Origin: Deltaproteobacteria bacterium
GTDB taxonomy: Bacteria > Myxococcota_A > UBA9160 > SMWR01
Assembly (NCBI GenBank): GCA_032128375.1
Contig: JAQBGU010000181.1
Location: 36,166 to 100,165 of the forward strand
Direction of reading: 5' to 3'
DNA length: 64,000 nt
How positions within the stretch are numbered: position 1 is the first letter of the stretch; each line of letters starts with the position of its first letter. The notes below the pieces were generated by a model that did not search any database, had not been told where the DNA came from, and saw nothing but the letters and a program-made list of their open reading frames with translations. Below, piece by piece: positions 18,643-27,674 of the stretch. The position numbers were made by a program, and so were the translations under genes.

Positions 18643-20634
18643 TCAGTCGAGTGAGGCAGGAATGTCGATCAGCATGACGGTTTCGTATCCCTTGGCGAAG
18701 TCGATGGCGAATGCACCCGCTTGGCGGCGAACGATCGCCTCTGCGATCGCGAAGGACAGCGAATTCTCCGCGGCCGAAACACCGGTAACTCGTGGCGCTG
18801 CACTGCCCGATTCCGCTCGCCCAGCGCGGCTGCCGAAGCGGATCAGGATCCGAATGGCCGGTCCGCTACGAAGCCCAACCGGGTGATGTTGGGTTCCGAC
18901 GTAGACATCGCCCCGTTCGGGCGAGAGTTCGATCGTCTTGTCGAGGATCGAATCCAGCGCGATCCGAATCTGGCCCTCGTCTACCAACGCGGGGGGGGCA
19001 TCGGCCGCCAGTTCCTTCAGGATCAATAGCTTCCGCGCATGTACCCGCGGTCGACGCTGTTCGAGTAGCTCCTCGATCAACGCGGCAATATCCACACGCA
19101 CTGGATTGGGCTCAGCCAGCGCCGCCAGCGCCGCCAATCCAGCGACGACCGCTTCGAGCCGGTGCGCGTCTTGGCCCACCAGTTCGGTGAACGTCTCGCG
19201 AAAGTCCGCGTCGTCGTAGCGGGTCGGGAGCAATTCTGCGAATGTGCGGATCGTCGACAGCGGGTTGCGAATCTCGTGAGCGATCGCTCCCACGAGTCGC
19301 TGGATACCACCCACCGCGAGTTGCGGATCCGGCGCATCGGCAGCATTTTGGGTTTCTGGCTGCGTTTGGAGACCTTCGGGTGGGGCTTCGGGTCGCGAAA
19401 TGAACTCGCGAGGGGCCGTGCTGGCGACGGCCGCTGTGGGCGAGGGTTGCGAGCTGCGATCGAACTGGTCGAACTCCTTCATTGCGTGAGAGTCGATCTG
19501 GAAGTGAGCTTCATCGGGGTTGACCGGCGCAAACGCGGTCCCATCGTATTGCAGCTCGTCGGCGCGTATCGGATCCCCTGCGCCTGCTGCCAGCGTCTGA
19601 GCCACAACTGCCTCGAGTTCGCGGAGGTTGCCCGCCCAGGGGTATTCTTCGAGGACCGCAATGGCGTCCTCGCCGAAGCGGCGCGGGTGTTGGCGCCGGG
19701 CCGCGCACCACGCCAGTGCGGTGTTGTTTGCGAACGGAGCGATTAGGTGGCGCCTCTCGCGAACGCTGGGGATCCGAATCGAGAGGCCGCTGAGCGCATC
19801 GCGCAATACGGGCTGAATGGCGAGGCTGGCGCCCGGCTCGAACGCATCGCAGGCCGTTGCGATCCAACGCGCGACCCGGCAGCGCAGCGCGCTCGCCGGT
19901 AGGCCGAATTCGATCCAGCGCGCCAGCTGTCGCTGGGTCGGGATCGAAAGGGCGTCGGTCTCGTCGAGCCAGATGGTACAACGCAGCGATGCATCTATGT
20001 CGCCCGCAGCGTCATGGATCGCATCCCGCAGGGATGCCCCGGTCATCGATCTCGTGCAGACCACGTGGACGAACTGGCTTGCGTCGCCCTGACCGAACCC
20101 GTGCACATAGCGCGCGAGCAGTCCACGCCCGCTGCCGTCTTCTCCCAGGATCAGCAGCGGTGTGTCGCCGAGCTGGGGGTCGAGTGCCTGCAGCAGCGTG
20201 GGGAACTCGAGGTCCGCAAACCACCTCGAGAAACGCTGCGACAGCAAATCGCGCGCGGGTCGCATCGACAGCGGCAACCGAGACGAAAGCGCTTGCTTGC
20301 TGCGAAGACACGCCCGCAGTGAGCGTGCGTCGGGCGGAAAGCTGAGGATGTCGGCATCGATCGCGTCGAACAGTTCCCGAGCCAGTGGCACGTCAGTTCC
20401 CTCCGCGACGAGGACCCAGCGAGCGTCCGGGAGACGGCCCGCAATCCGGTGTGCGAATTCCAGTTCGGCTTCGAGGTCGCCCGCGAGACCCAGCAGCACG
20501 ACATTGGCCGGCGGTGCCGAATCGAACCGCGGATCACCGGGACCACCGCTGACCGCACCCGCTCCCGCGCCGGCCGACCGCGCCAGGTCTGCACGGCGCC
20601 GCGAATCCCGATGAACGATCCAGAGTGTCGACAT
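18643..20634 (-). CDS. Fusion of pseudo-receiver, degenerate sigma54 AAA+ and HisKA/degenerate HATPase domains
   Basis: GEDGSGRG, IWLDE, YPWAGNLREL and AHEIRNPL motifs; start ATG 20634 or GTG 20739. Confidence 0.8.
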   Translation of the reverse strand: MSTLWIVHRDSRRRADLARSAGAGAGAVSGGPGDPRFDSAPPANVVLLGLAGDLEAELEFAHRIAGRLPDARWVLVAEGTDVPLARELFDAIDADILSFPPDARSLRACLRSKQALSSRLPLSMRPARDLLSQRFSRWFADLEFPTLLQALDPQLGDTPLLILGEDGSGRGLLARYVHGFGQGDASQFVHVVCTRSMTGASLRDAIHDAAGDIDASLRCTIWLDETDALSIPTQRQLARWIEFGLPASALRCRVARWIATACDAFEPGASLAIQPVLRDALSGLSIRIPSVRERRHLIAPFANNTALAWCAARRQHPRRFGEDAIAVLEEYPWAGNLRELEAVVAQTLAAGAGDPIRADELQYDGTAFAPVNPDEAHFQIDSHAMKEFDQFDRSSQPSPTAAVASTAPREFISRPEAPPEGLQTQPETQNAADAPDPQLAVGGIQRLVGAIAHEIRNPLSTIRTFAELLPTRYDDADFRETFTELVGQDAHRLEAVVAGLAALAALAEPNPVRVDIAALIEELLEQRRPRVHARKLLILKELAADAPPALVDEGQIRIALDSILDKTIELSPERGDVYVGTQHHPVGLRSGPAIRILIRFGSRAGRAESGSAAPRVTGVSAAENSLSFAIAEAIVRRQAGAFAIDFAKGYETVMLIDIPASLD

Positions 20635-20762
20635 GAGCTGGTTTTGGCGCTCCAGGCTGGACCTCGTGAACTCGGCGTGCCACACCGTATCGCGAACTGC
20701 GCGACGCCAGAGTGCACGCCCCGGGGCCCGCGCCACCACGGATTTCCCCGGTAACTACCAGC

Positions 20763-20777
20763 GCAATCTGCGTGCCA
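20763..20777 (-). promoter_or_regulatory. Sigma54 (-24/-12) promoter for the hybrid/NtrC-like operon
   Basis: Minus strand reads TTGGCAC-GCAGA-TTGC, exact consensus. Confidence 0.85.
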
Positions 20778-20970
20778 AGCCCGTGGGCAAGTCCGCGCAC
20801 ACGCACCATGCACCGACAACCCGCCGAGATCGCACGCCAATCGAACGATCTTCAGGCCCCGGCAACAACCCGGCGCGATTCAAATCGCGGCGCAGCATGG
20901 GAAAAAGATTGCTCAACAAAGAGAACGTTGCTCCGGCGGCATCACTCTGCCAGAGTGTGCTGTCCGGGGG

Positions 20971-22512
20971 TTGAGTGTGACAGTCGTCGACGGAGGACCG
21001 CAGGTCCGACTCAGGAATTGGTTCGATCGGCCGTATGATGATGCGATCTCGGCAGCGCGCACCTGCTACTCGAGTCGAGTCATTGGACCTGAAGAGATAA
21101 CCGACCGCCAACGTCAGAACATCGGTCCATTGACGTTCGGCGGAGGTCACCACACGGTGTTTCAGCACGCGACGTTCGAATTCGCGCTGTCGGGAATCTC
21201 GCGCCAGCTCGTATGGTCGTTCCTGCACGGTTTCCCGTTCTACAACACCGAACAGCAGAGCCAACGCTACGTCCGACTCGACGAGGTCACCGCGCACGTG
21301 CCCCCGACACTGGTGGGTCGCGATCGGGAGTGCTTCGAGTCGTCGATCAGCGACTCATGGCGCGCCTATGGAGAGCTCACCCAGAGACTCATTCCAGTCA
21401 CCCGGCAAATTCTCTCGGATCTGTGGAGGCTTCCCGCCCGAAAGTCGATTGCGTTTGGGAAGAACATCGAGCGAGAAGCAGAGAAGCGCGCGATCGAAAC
21501 CGCACGCTATGTGCTCCCGATTGGTTGCCACACCGCGATGGTCTACACCATCTCAGGTATTGTGCTTCACCGATTGCGACGCATGGCGCGCGTCGGTGAT
21601 GTGCCGATCGAGGCGATGGACGTCGTCGGACGGATGGTCGCCGAAGTGGAGCGCGTGGACGCGGACTTCTTCTCCAAGATCGGCGAGGACCCGCTCGAGA
21701 GCGAAGAGGTGGTTGAATCCGGCTACGCGCCGGCTGGTCTCGGCGATCCCATCGCTATCAAGGCGTTTGATAAATCACTCGACGGCCGATGTTCGCGACT
21801 GATCGACTACAGCCAGCGTGCACCGCAGGTGATCGCCGATGCGGTCCGCAACGTGCTCGGCCGATTCGATCTCGACGATGAAACGGCTCTGGAGATGGTT
21901 CTCGACCCGGCTCTGAACCGCTACCGCGTCGATACACTGAACGTGTCGACCCATGCACCGATCATGCGCACCTTGGCGCATGCCTACTACACGTTTCGCC
22001 GAAAGCTGTCGCACACGGCGGATTCCCAGGACCAGCGACACCGAACGGTGCCCGGCTCGCGGCCGCTGCTGAGCCGGACGGTCCCTGCAAGCGTCGACGT
22101 CATCGAACCCGAGCTGATCCAGGACGATCCGCGTGCAAACGAATTGTTTCACGATGCGGTGGGAGCAGCTTGGCAAGCGCGCTCTCAGTTGCTGGACCGC
22201 GGCATCGAGCCAGAACTCGCTCTGTATGTGCTTCCCAATGCGCTGTCCGTTCGCTTTGACGAATCGGGCTCGCTGCTCGATCTGATCCACAAGTGGACGA
22301 TGCGAACCTGCCTCAACGCACAGCGCGAGATCTGGCGCGCATCCATGGACGAAATCGAACAGGTCGGTGAAGTGCATCCGAGTCTCGTCAAGCATGTGGG
22401 CCCCCCATGCTTTGTTCGAACGGGCGTCGTCCGCCCGCGTTGTACCGAGGGTTCACATTTCTGCGGAGTTCCTGTATGGAAATCGTTTCCGGAAGTCGAG
22501 CGCACCATCTGA
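20971..22512 (+). CDS. thyX: Tandem-domain FAD-dependent thymidylate synthase (ThyX-ThyX)
   Basis: AARTCY, GHHTVFQH, SQRY and ARYVLP in the N-half; QRHR, YVLPN and AQREI in the C-half. Confidence 0.8.
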   Translation: MSVTVVDGGPQVRLRNWFDRPYDDAISAARTCYSSRVIGPEEITDRQRQNIGPLTFGGGHHTVFQHATFEFALSGISRQLVWSFLHGFPFYNTEQQSQRYVRLDEVTAHVPPTLVGRDRECFESSISDSWRAYGELTQRLIPVTRQILSDLWRLPARKSIAFGKNIEREAEKRAIETARYVLPIGCHTAMVYTISGIVLHRLRRMARVGDVPIEAMDVVGRMVAEVERVDADFFSKIGEDPLESEEVVESGYAPAGLGDPIAIKAFDKSLDGRCSRLIDYSQRAPQVIADAVRNVLGRFDLDDETALEMVLDPALNRYRVDTLNVSTHAPIMRTLAHAYYTFRRKLSHTADSQDQRHRTVPGSRPLLSRTVPASVDVIEPELIQDDPRANELFHDAVGAAWQARSQLLDRGIEPELALYVLPNALSVRFDESGSLLDLIHKWTMRTCLNAQREIWRASMDEIEQVGEVHPSLVKHVGPPCFVRTGVVRPRCTEGSHFCGVPVWKSFPEVERTI

Positions 22513-22541
22513 CACAGCATGGCTCTGGTGCCTGGTTTGCG

Positions 22542-23252
22542 ATGGCGTTGCTTGCGGTTGCATTGCTGCTGCCGTCCGCAGCGATCGCAGAAACTGATGT
22601 TGTCGGCGCGTGGCACGTTCTCATTCACTACAAAGACGACAACGCCGAGCATCCAGAACGAGAGCGATGGGACGACCGGGTATGGGTATTCGAAACGACG
22701 GGAAGCCGGCTGCGATGGACCGAGTATCCGATCGTCGTGTTCGACGAAGATTCCGGGCGGTTCGACTCATCGATGGGGCGCTCCTCGCGCGTCTTGGCAT
22801 TTTGGACGCCGAGCCCTACCCAGATTGCCGATATCAAAGATGGACTTTCCGTAAACGAGCGCGGAATGAAATCCAAGAGCTTGCGCAAATCCGATGACGG
22901 TTGGGCGTCGTTCTCCCAGGCTTCTGCCGCATCAGCGTCGGTGATTGGCTACACCGAGTACTGGAGCATCGAAAATGGGCCGACTGGACCCATCTTCAAG
23001 CGCGAGGATGTGCTCGGCTCCGAGCGGTCGGAAGACCTCGATGGCGTCACGCTTTATACGACCGAACAGGTCGAGTCGGATGGCAGCATGCTGCGAGGCC
23101 AGTTCGTCCGCGACGGCTCGCGACATGGGAGCTTCCAGATGATGCGCGCGGCCGGCACAGAAGGCCTCAAAAGCGATGGCAAGACTCCGAACGAAAAGGC
23201 CAACGAGCGCGGCATGCAAGCGTTGGAAGCCCTCGGCTACGGAGCCGAATAA
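22542..23252 (+). CDS. Hypothetical secreted protein
   Basis: Signal peptide (ALLAVALLLPSAAIA-E), beta-rich body, normal codon usage; start uncertain. Confidence 0.7.
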   Translation: MALLAVALLLPSAAIAETDVVGAWHVLIHYKDDNAEHPERERWDDRVWVFETTGSRLRWTEYPIVVFDEDSGRFDSSMGRSSRVLAFWTPSPTQIADIKDGLSVNERGMKSKSLRKSDDGWASFSQASAASASVIGYTEYWSIENGPTGPIFKREDVLGSERSEDLDGVTLYTTEQVESDGSMLRGQFVRDGSRHGSFQMMRAAGTEGLKSDGKTPNEKANERGMQALEALGYGAE

Positions 23253-23733
23253 ACCGGATCGCGCCGCCGCAATCCGTCGTGCAGGCCCACGCGATTTGGC
23301 CACTCTCGCAGCGTTGTGGACGGCGCTCACCGCCCACCACGAGAGCATGGATCCGATCTTCGAGATGCGTGCTGGTGCGGATCTGGAAGTCCGACGTTTG
23401 GTCGACGCGATGCTGCGCGACCCGGACGGAGCAGTCTTCGTCTGTGAGTCGAACCCGAGCCATCTATTGGGCTTCTGCGCGGTGCGGGTCGACCGCGCTC
23501 CGCCCATCCTGATCGAGCGCGACCGCGCCGAAATCACGGACTTGCTGGTTCGCGTTGGCGCGCGCCGCCGCGGGCTGGGGCGCAGGCTGGTAGAAAGCGC
23601 CAGCACATGGGTCAAGCAACAGGGACTCGACCGCTGCGAGGTGCGCGTCGCCGCGCAGAACGGCGAGGGACAGGCGTTCTGGCGAGCGATGGGTTTTGCC
23701 GACCTGTTGGACGTCTTGCAACGGCGGCTGTAG
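23176..23733 (+). CDS. GNAT-family N-acetyltransferase
   Basis: RRRGLGRRLV motif A, N...FWRAMGF; start uncertain. Confidence 0.85.
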   Translation: MARLRTKRPTSAACKRWKPSATEPNKPDRAAAIRRAGPRDLATLAALWTALTAHHESMDPIFEMRAGADLEVRRLVDAMLRDPDGAVFVCESNPSHLLGFCAVRVDRAPPILIERDRAEITDLLVRVGARRRGLGRRLVESASTWVKQQGLDRCEVRVAAQNGEGQAFWRAMGFADLLDVLQRRL

Positions 23734-23765
23734 TTGCGCGATGGTGTCGCCCGCGCCGCGGGTTC

Positions 23766-23975
23766 TCAGCTCGATTGGCGGCTGGCCGCCATCGCGGCCA
23801 GCACGAGCAGCACAACCGCGTGTGATGCGGCCTCGCCCGGTTCTTCGAGGGTTCCCGTGGTGTTGCCCACGAAAGGGTTGTTGATGGGGATGCCGTATTG
23901 GCCGTTGGTCGGGGAACAGAGTGCTGATTCCCAGCGGGTCGAGCACAGTTGAACGCTCCCGCTGGCAACGGCCAA
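23766..23975 (-). pseudogene. Possible gene relic: sugar-dehydrogenase-like YxIPxxNPF segment joined to a PEP-CTERM-like tail
   Basis: GQYGIPINNPFVG followed by EEPG, a hydrophobic helix and a basic residue. Confidence 0.3.
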
Positions 23976-23999
23976 TCGTTGGGAATTTGAGGCAAGGCG

Positions 24000-25583
24000 T
24001 TAGTCGTGGAGTTCGAGTTCGTCGAGAATTTCGAGCAGTGTGGTGACGGCTTTGACGAGCGGCTCGATGGCAGCTCGTTCGTTGTGACCGTGGACGCCGC
24101 TACTGTCTTCGGGCCGCAGTGCCCTGGGCGTGAAACCGTACGCGGTGATTCCGATGTCTCGAAAATAGTGGGCATCGGTAAAACCGATCGTGACTGAGGG
24201 TACCGTCGGCGCGGCTGGAGTCTCGCGCGCGGCAACCGCCTGGATCGCCGCATACAACGCAGTGTCGGTCGGTGAACTGCGCGCGTGGAACGACAACAGG
24301 TTGTCAACGCTGATGCCGTGGTCGGCTATCGCATGTCGCACGCTATCGATGAATGCATCGCAGTTTTCGCCAGGTAGCAGTCTGGCGTCGAGGTGCGCGA
24401 TCGCTTGTGCGGGCAGCACATTGGTGCTTGAACCGCCCTGCAGGACGGTCGCTGTAATCGTATTGCTTACCAGCGCTGCCTGGACGCGAATCGTCATGAA
24501 TCGGCTGCGAAACGCCGGGTCTGTCTGCAGCCGGTTTTCGAGGTCCGTGTACGCGGACGCATCCTCGGGCGCTGCCAGCGGTGCCAGCGCGAGGTACATC
24601 GCTTTGACTTCTGGGACGACCTGAATCGGCAAGTCCATCTGATTCACGCGTGCGAGCGCAGAGATCAGCCTTGGGACTGCAGCGTCGCGCGGCGGCACGG
24701 AACTGTGTCCCGCCTTTCCATGAGCGGTGACTCGCATCCAACACGGGCTCTTTTCGACCACCCCGATTCGCCACAGATCGGGCTCCGGGTCGCGGCGGTC
24801 CAGGATGCCCCCTCCCTCGGTCAACAGGTATTCGGCGTCACCCAGCAGGTCGGCTCGATTGCTTGTGATGTAGCCCGCACCGTCGAGGCCACCGCTCTCC
24901 TCGTCGGGCGTCGCCAGCAGAATCACATCGCGTTCGAGTGGAGTCTCGCGGCGCGCGAGTTCGAGCATGGTCATCAGGTGCACGACCCCGACGCCCTTCG
25001 CATCGAGGGCACCGCGACCACTCACGTAGCCATCTCGCACGATGCCGCCGAACGGGTCGTCGTCCCATTGCATGGGATCGGCGGCCACCGTATCGAGGTG
25101 GGACAACAATATGACCGGGCGTTTGCGACCCGACCCGCGCACCACACCCCACGCACTGGCGCGGCCGACACGTGAGTCGCCATCCGGTGTATCGACGACG
25201 AGGGTCTCGATCCCCGCTTCGCTCATCACCGATGCGAAGTACACAGCAAGCGGTCTTTCGTCACCCGGCGGGTTGACGGTTTCAATCTGGATCGCCCGCG
25301 ACAAAATGGCCGCGAGCAGTCGATCATCAGGCGCAGCGGGTCTCGCAACGGAGGTTTCTCGAGCCGCGCAACCGAAAATTTGCACTTGTAGTGAAAAAGA
25401 TACGATCAACGCGAAGCAGATCTTCCGGAACGCTCGAGGAGCCGTGCGGGTGATCGCCTTCAGTTCGAAAAATCGTTTTCCATTTCGCGAGTTTGTGCAG
25501 ATATCGCCGATACACATACTGGTTTGACCTGGTTCGATTCTGGAAATCTGATCCCCGAGGGGCTTTTTCGCTGTTACGGACAT
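24000..25583 (-). CDS. M20/M25/M40 family metallopeptidase/aminoacylase, possibly a lipoprotein
   Basis: SHLDTV, GRGALDAKG, DEESGG, EGG and HGHNER; IFG-C lipobox-like; true start probably downstream of 25583. Confidence 0.88.
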   Translation of the reverse strand: MSVTAKKPLGDQISRIEPGQTSMCIGDICTNSRNGKRFFELKAITRTAPRAFRKICFALIVSFSLQVQIFGCAARETSVARPAAPDDRLLAAILSRAIQIETVNPPGDERPLAVYFASVMSEAGIETLVVDTPDGDSRVGRASAWGVVRGSGRKRPVILLSHLDTVAADPMQWDDDPFGGIVRDGYVSGRGALDAKGVGVVHLMTMLELARRETPLERDVILLATPDEESGGLDGAGYITSNRADLLGDAEYLLTEGGGILDRRDPEPDLWRIGVVEKSPCWMRVTAHGKAGHSSVPPRDAAVPRLISALARVNQMDLPIQVVPEVKAMYLALAPLAAPEDASAYTDLENRLQTDPAFRSRFMTIRVQAALVSNTITATVLQGGSSTNVLPAQAIAHLDARLLPGENCDAFIDSVRHAIADHGISVDNLLSFHARSSPTDTALYAAIQAVAARETPAAPTVPSVTIGFTDAHYFRDIGITAYGFTPRALRPEDSSGVHGHNERAAIEPLVKAVTTLLEILDELELHD

Positions 25584-25695
25584 CTGTGAGTTCGGTCACA
25601 ACATCGCATCTTGAATGAGTTATTTACCGTGCGCGACCGGATGCCGAAAGCTAACCAGTCGCTCGATAATTCCGAAGCGGGGGGTGGTCCATCAG

Positions 25696-27177
25696 ATGCG
25701 TGCGGTACGTCGATCATCCAACCGGCAAGCGATCGCCCTGATATTATCACTTCTTGGTGTCGGAGTGTGCACATGGATGGGTGGGGCTCTGCAGTTCGCC
25801 TTGGGTGTGTCCAAAGAGGATGATCGCGTTTCAATCATAGCCACGATTCCATCGACCGACTCACGGACTGCCACCGTGGTCACAAGCGCCGTGCCGCGCG
25901 AGACCGAAATCGCCGCAACCGAACTCGTCCCAACTGGCGAAGCCGCACCCGAAGAGGGAATCACCATTGCCCTTGCGGATCCCGACGTTGCAGCGGCTGG
26001 TTCCGCGACGCGAATTCCGTCCGACATTTCCGCTGATCTGGCCAAGGACATCGCGACGGGCGGAACAACTGTCGGAAAATTGGGTACCGGTGAGACGCTG
26101 GCGGGTTCGCTGGCCTCGCGCGGTATCTCGCTGCGAGTGGTTGACCGCATTGCGCGCGAGATGCGCGGTTACTTCGACTTTCGACGCTCGCACCCCGGAG
26201 ATTCGTACCAATTGATCCTGGATGGCGACGGTCAGATCGAGTCGTTTCGCTATCGGATTACGGACCTGGTCCACTACGACTTGATCCGCGATCGAGACGG
26301 CAGGTACGAAGTCAACCGGACCGAAGCAGAACTCGAGCCGCATCAGACGATGATCGCCGGTATCGTTGCGACCAGTCTGTATGGCTCGATTACGGCTCTG
26401 GGCGCCAGCGCCCAGCTAGCCGACGATTTCACGGATGTGTTCTCGTACGATGTCGACTTCTCGCGGATGGCTCGAATGGGCGACGAGTACCGCATCCTGT
26501 ATGAGCGGCTGTACCGCACCGACGCCGCCGGCCACGAGATCTTCGTCCGTCCGGGGCGCATTCTTGCGGCGCGATACTCTGGCGAAAGCGGCGAACACAC
26601 CGCAGTCTATTACGAGTCCGAAGAAGGCGAAGGTGGCTACTACCGGCCCGACGGGAGTTCTGTCGAGCGCCAGTTTCTGATGGCTCCACTTCGGTACTCC
26701 AGAATCAGTTCCCGGTATTCATCCGCCCGTCGCCATCCGATCCTCAAGATCACGCGGCCCCATCACGGCATCGACTACGCGGCACCGGCGGGGACCCCGG
26801 TGTTCGCAGTCTCTGGGGGCGAGGTGATTCACAAATCTTGGGGCGGTGGTTTTGGAAACCTGGTGAAGATCCGACATCCCAGCGGCTACACATCGTACTA
26901 CGCGCATCTGTCGCGCTTCTCGAGCGGATTGCGCGTGGGGCAGACCGTGAGCCAGAAACAGGTCATCGGCTATGTGGGCCAGACGGGGCTTGCGACCGGC
27001 CCGCACGTTTGCTTCCGAGTTGCCAAGGACGGCCGGTACGTGAACCCCGCGCAGATTTCGAGCCCAGCCGCGCCCCCGCTGCCGCCGGACGCCCATGACA
27101 TGTTCCACCTCCGCAGCGACAAGCTGCTCGCAGCGCTGGATTCCGGGACGTTGGTCGCTGGCGACGAGGCTCTCTGA
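25696..27177 (+). CDS. M23 peptidoglycan DD-endopeptidase (MepM/Csd3-like)
   Basis: N-terminal TM, RRHPIL, HHGIDY, YAHLS and TGLATGPHVCF; start uncertain. Confidence 0.88.
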   Translation: MRAVRRSSNRQAIALILSLLGVGVCTWMGGALQFALGVSKEDDRVSIIATIPSTDSRTATVVTSAVPRETEIAATELVPTGEAAPEEGITIALADPDVAAAGSATRIPSDISADLAKDIATGGTTVGKLGTGETLAGSLASRGISLRVVDRIAREMRGYFDFRRSHPGDSYQLILDGDGQIESFRYRITDLVHYDLIRDRDGRYEVNRTEAELEPHQTMIAGIVATSLYGSITALGASAQLADDFTDVFSYDVDFSRMARMGDEYRILYERLYRTDAAGHEIFVRPGRILAARYSGESGEHTAVYYESEEGEGGYYRPDGSSVERQFLMAPLRYSRISSRYSSARRHPILKITRPHHGIDYAAPAGTPVFAVSGGEVIHKSWGGGFGNLVKIRHPSGYTSYYAHLSRFSSGLRVGQTVSQKQVIGYVGQTGLATGPHVCFRVAKDGRYVNPAQISSPAAPPLPPDAHDMFHLRSDKLLAALDSGTLVAGDEAL

Positions 27178-27221
27178 CGACTGTTGGTGGTCGGTTCCGG
27201 TGGGCGCGGTAATGTGTCGAA

Positions 27222-27674
27222 ATGGCGAAGTCCCCCCCGTCCGCTGTCCGACCCGAGCTGGCTGATAGACTCGAACAGATCGGCCGCACTTTGGGAGCTC
27301 GCGAGAGCCGCCACGTCACTGATTTGCACGAGGCCCGCCTGCAGATCGGCGAGATTCGGCACCGGGTGCAGTTCGCGCTGAAGCGCTTTCACGCCGCCAT
27401 GAGCGATGCTGGCGCGCCCCATTTGCGCATCGAGATCAGCGAAATTCGGATCGACGAAAAACACCTTCGCGCGGTAGAGTTCGATGTCACGCGCGGCCGT
27501 CACAAGGCCATTGTCGTTGGGAAGAGCCGCGGCGAAATTACCCTCGTGGGACCGTTTCGCACCGGCAAGCCAGAAGGTCCGTGCAAGTCGATCCCGTTTG
27601 GTGCAAAAGATGAGCTCGACGCTGCGTTGGGAGATTTCTTGACGTCGTTTGTCGAGGAGGCGGCGACGCCTTGA
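27222..27674 (+). CDS. Hypothetical protein
   Basis: 150-aa ORF with typical codon usage; stop overlaps the next start (TTGA). Confidence 0.7.
   Translation: MAKSPPSAVRPELADRLEQIGRTLGARESRHVTDLHEARLQIGEIRHRVQFALKRFHAAMSDAGAPHLRIEISEIRIDEKHLRAVEFDVTRGRHKAIVVGKSRGEITLVGPFRTGKPEGPCKSIPFGAKDELDAALGDFLTSFVEEAATP

Noticed and set aside
20668..20682. Third sigma54-like box (TGGCAC-GCCGA-GTTC, minus strand)
   Set aside because: The -12 element lacks the conserved GC, and a perfect box lies 95 bp upstream.
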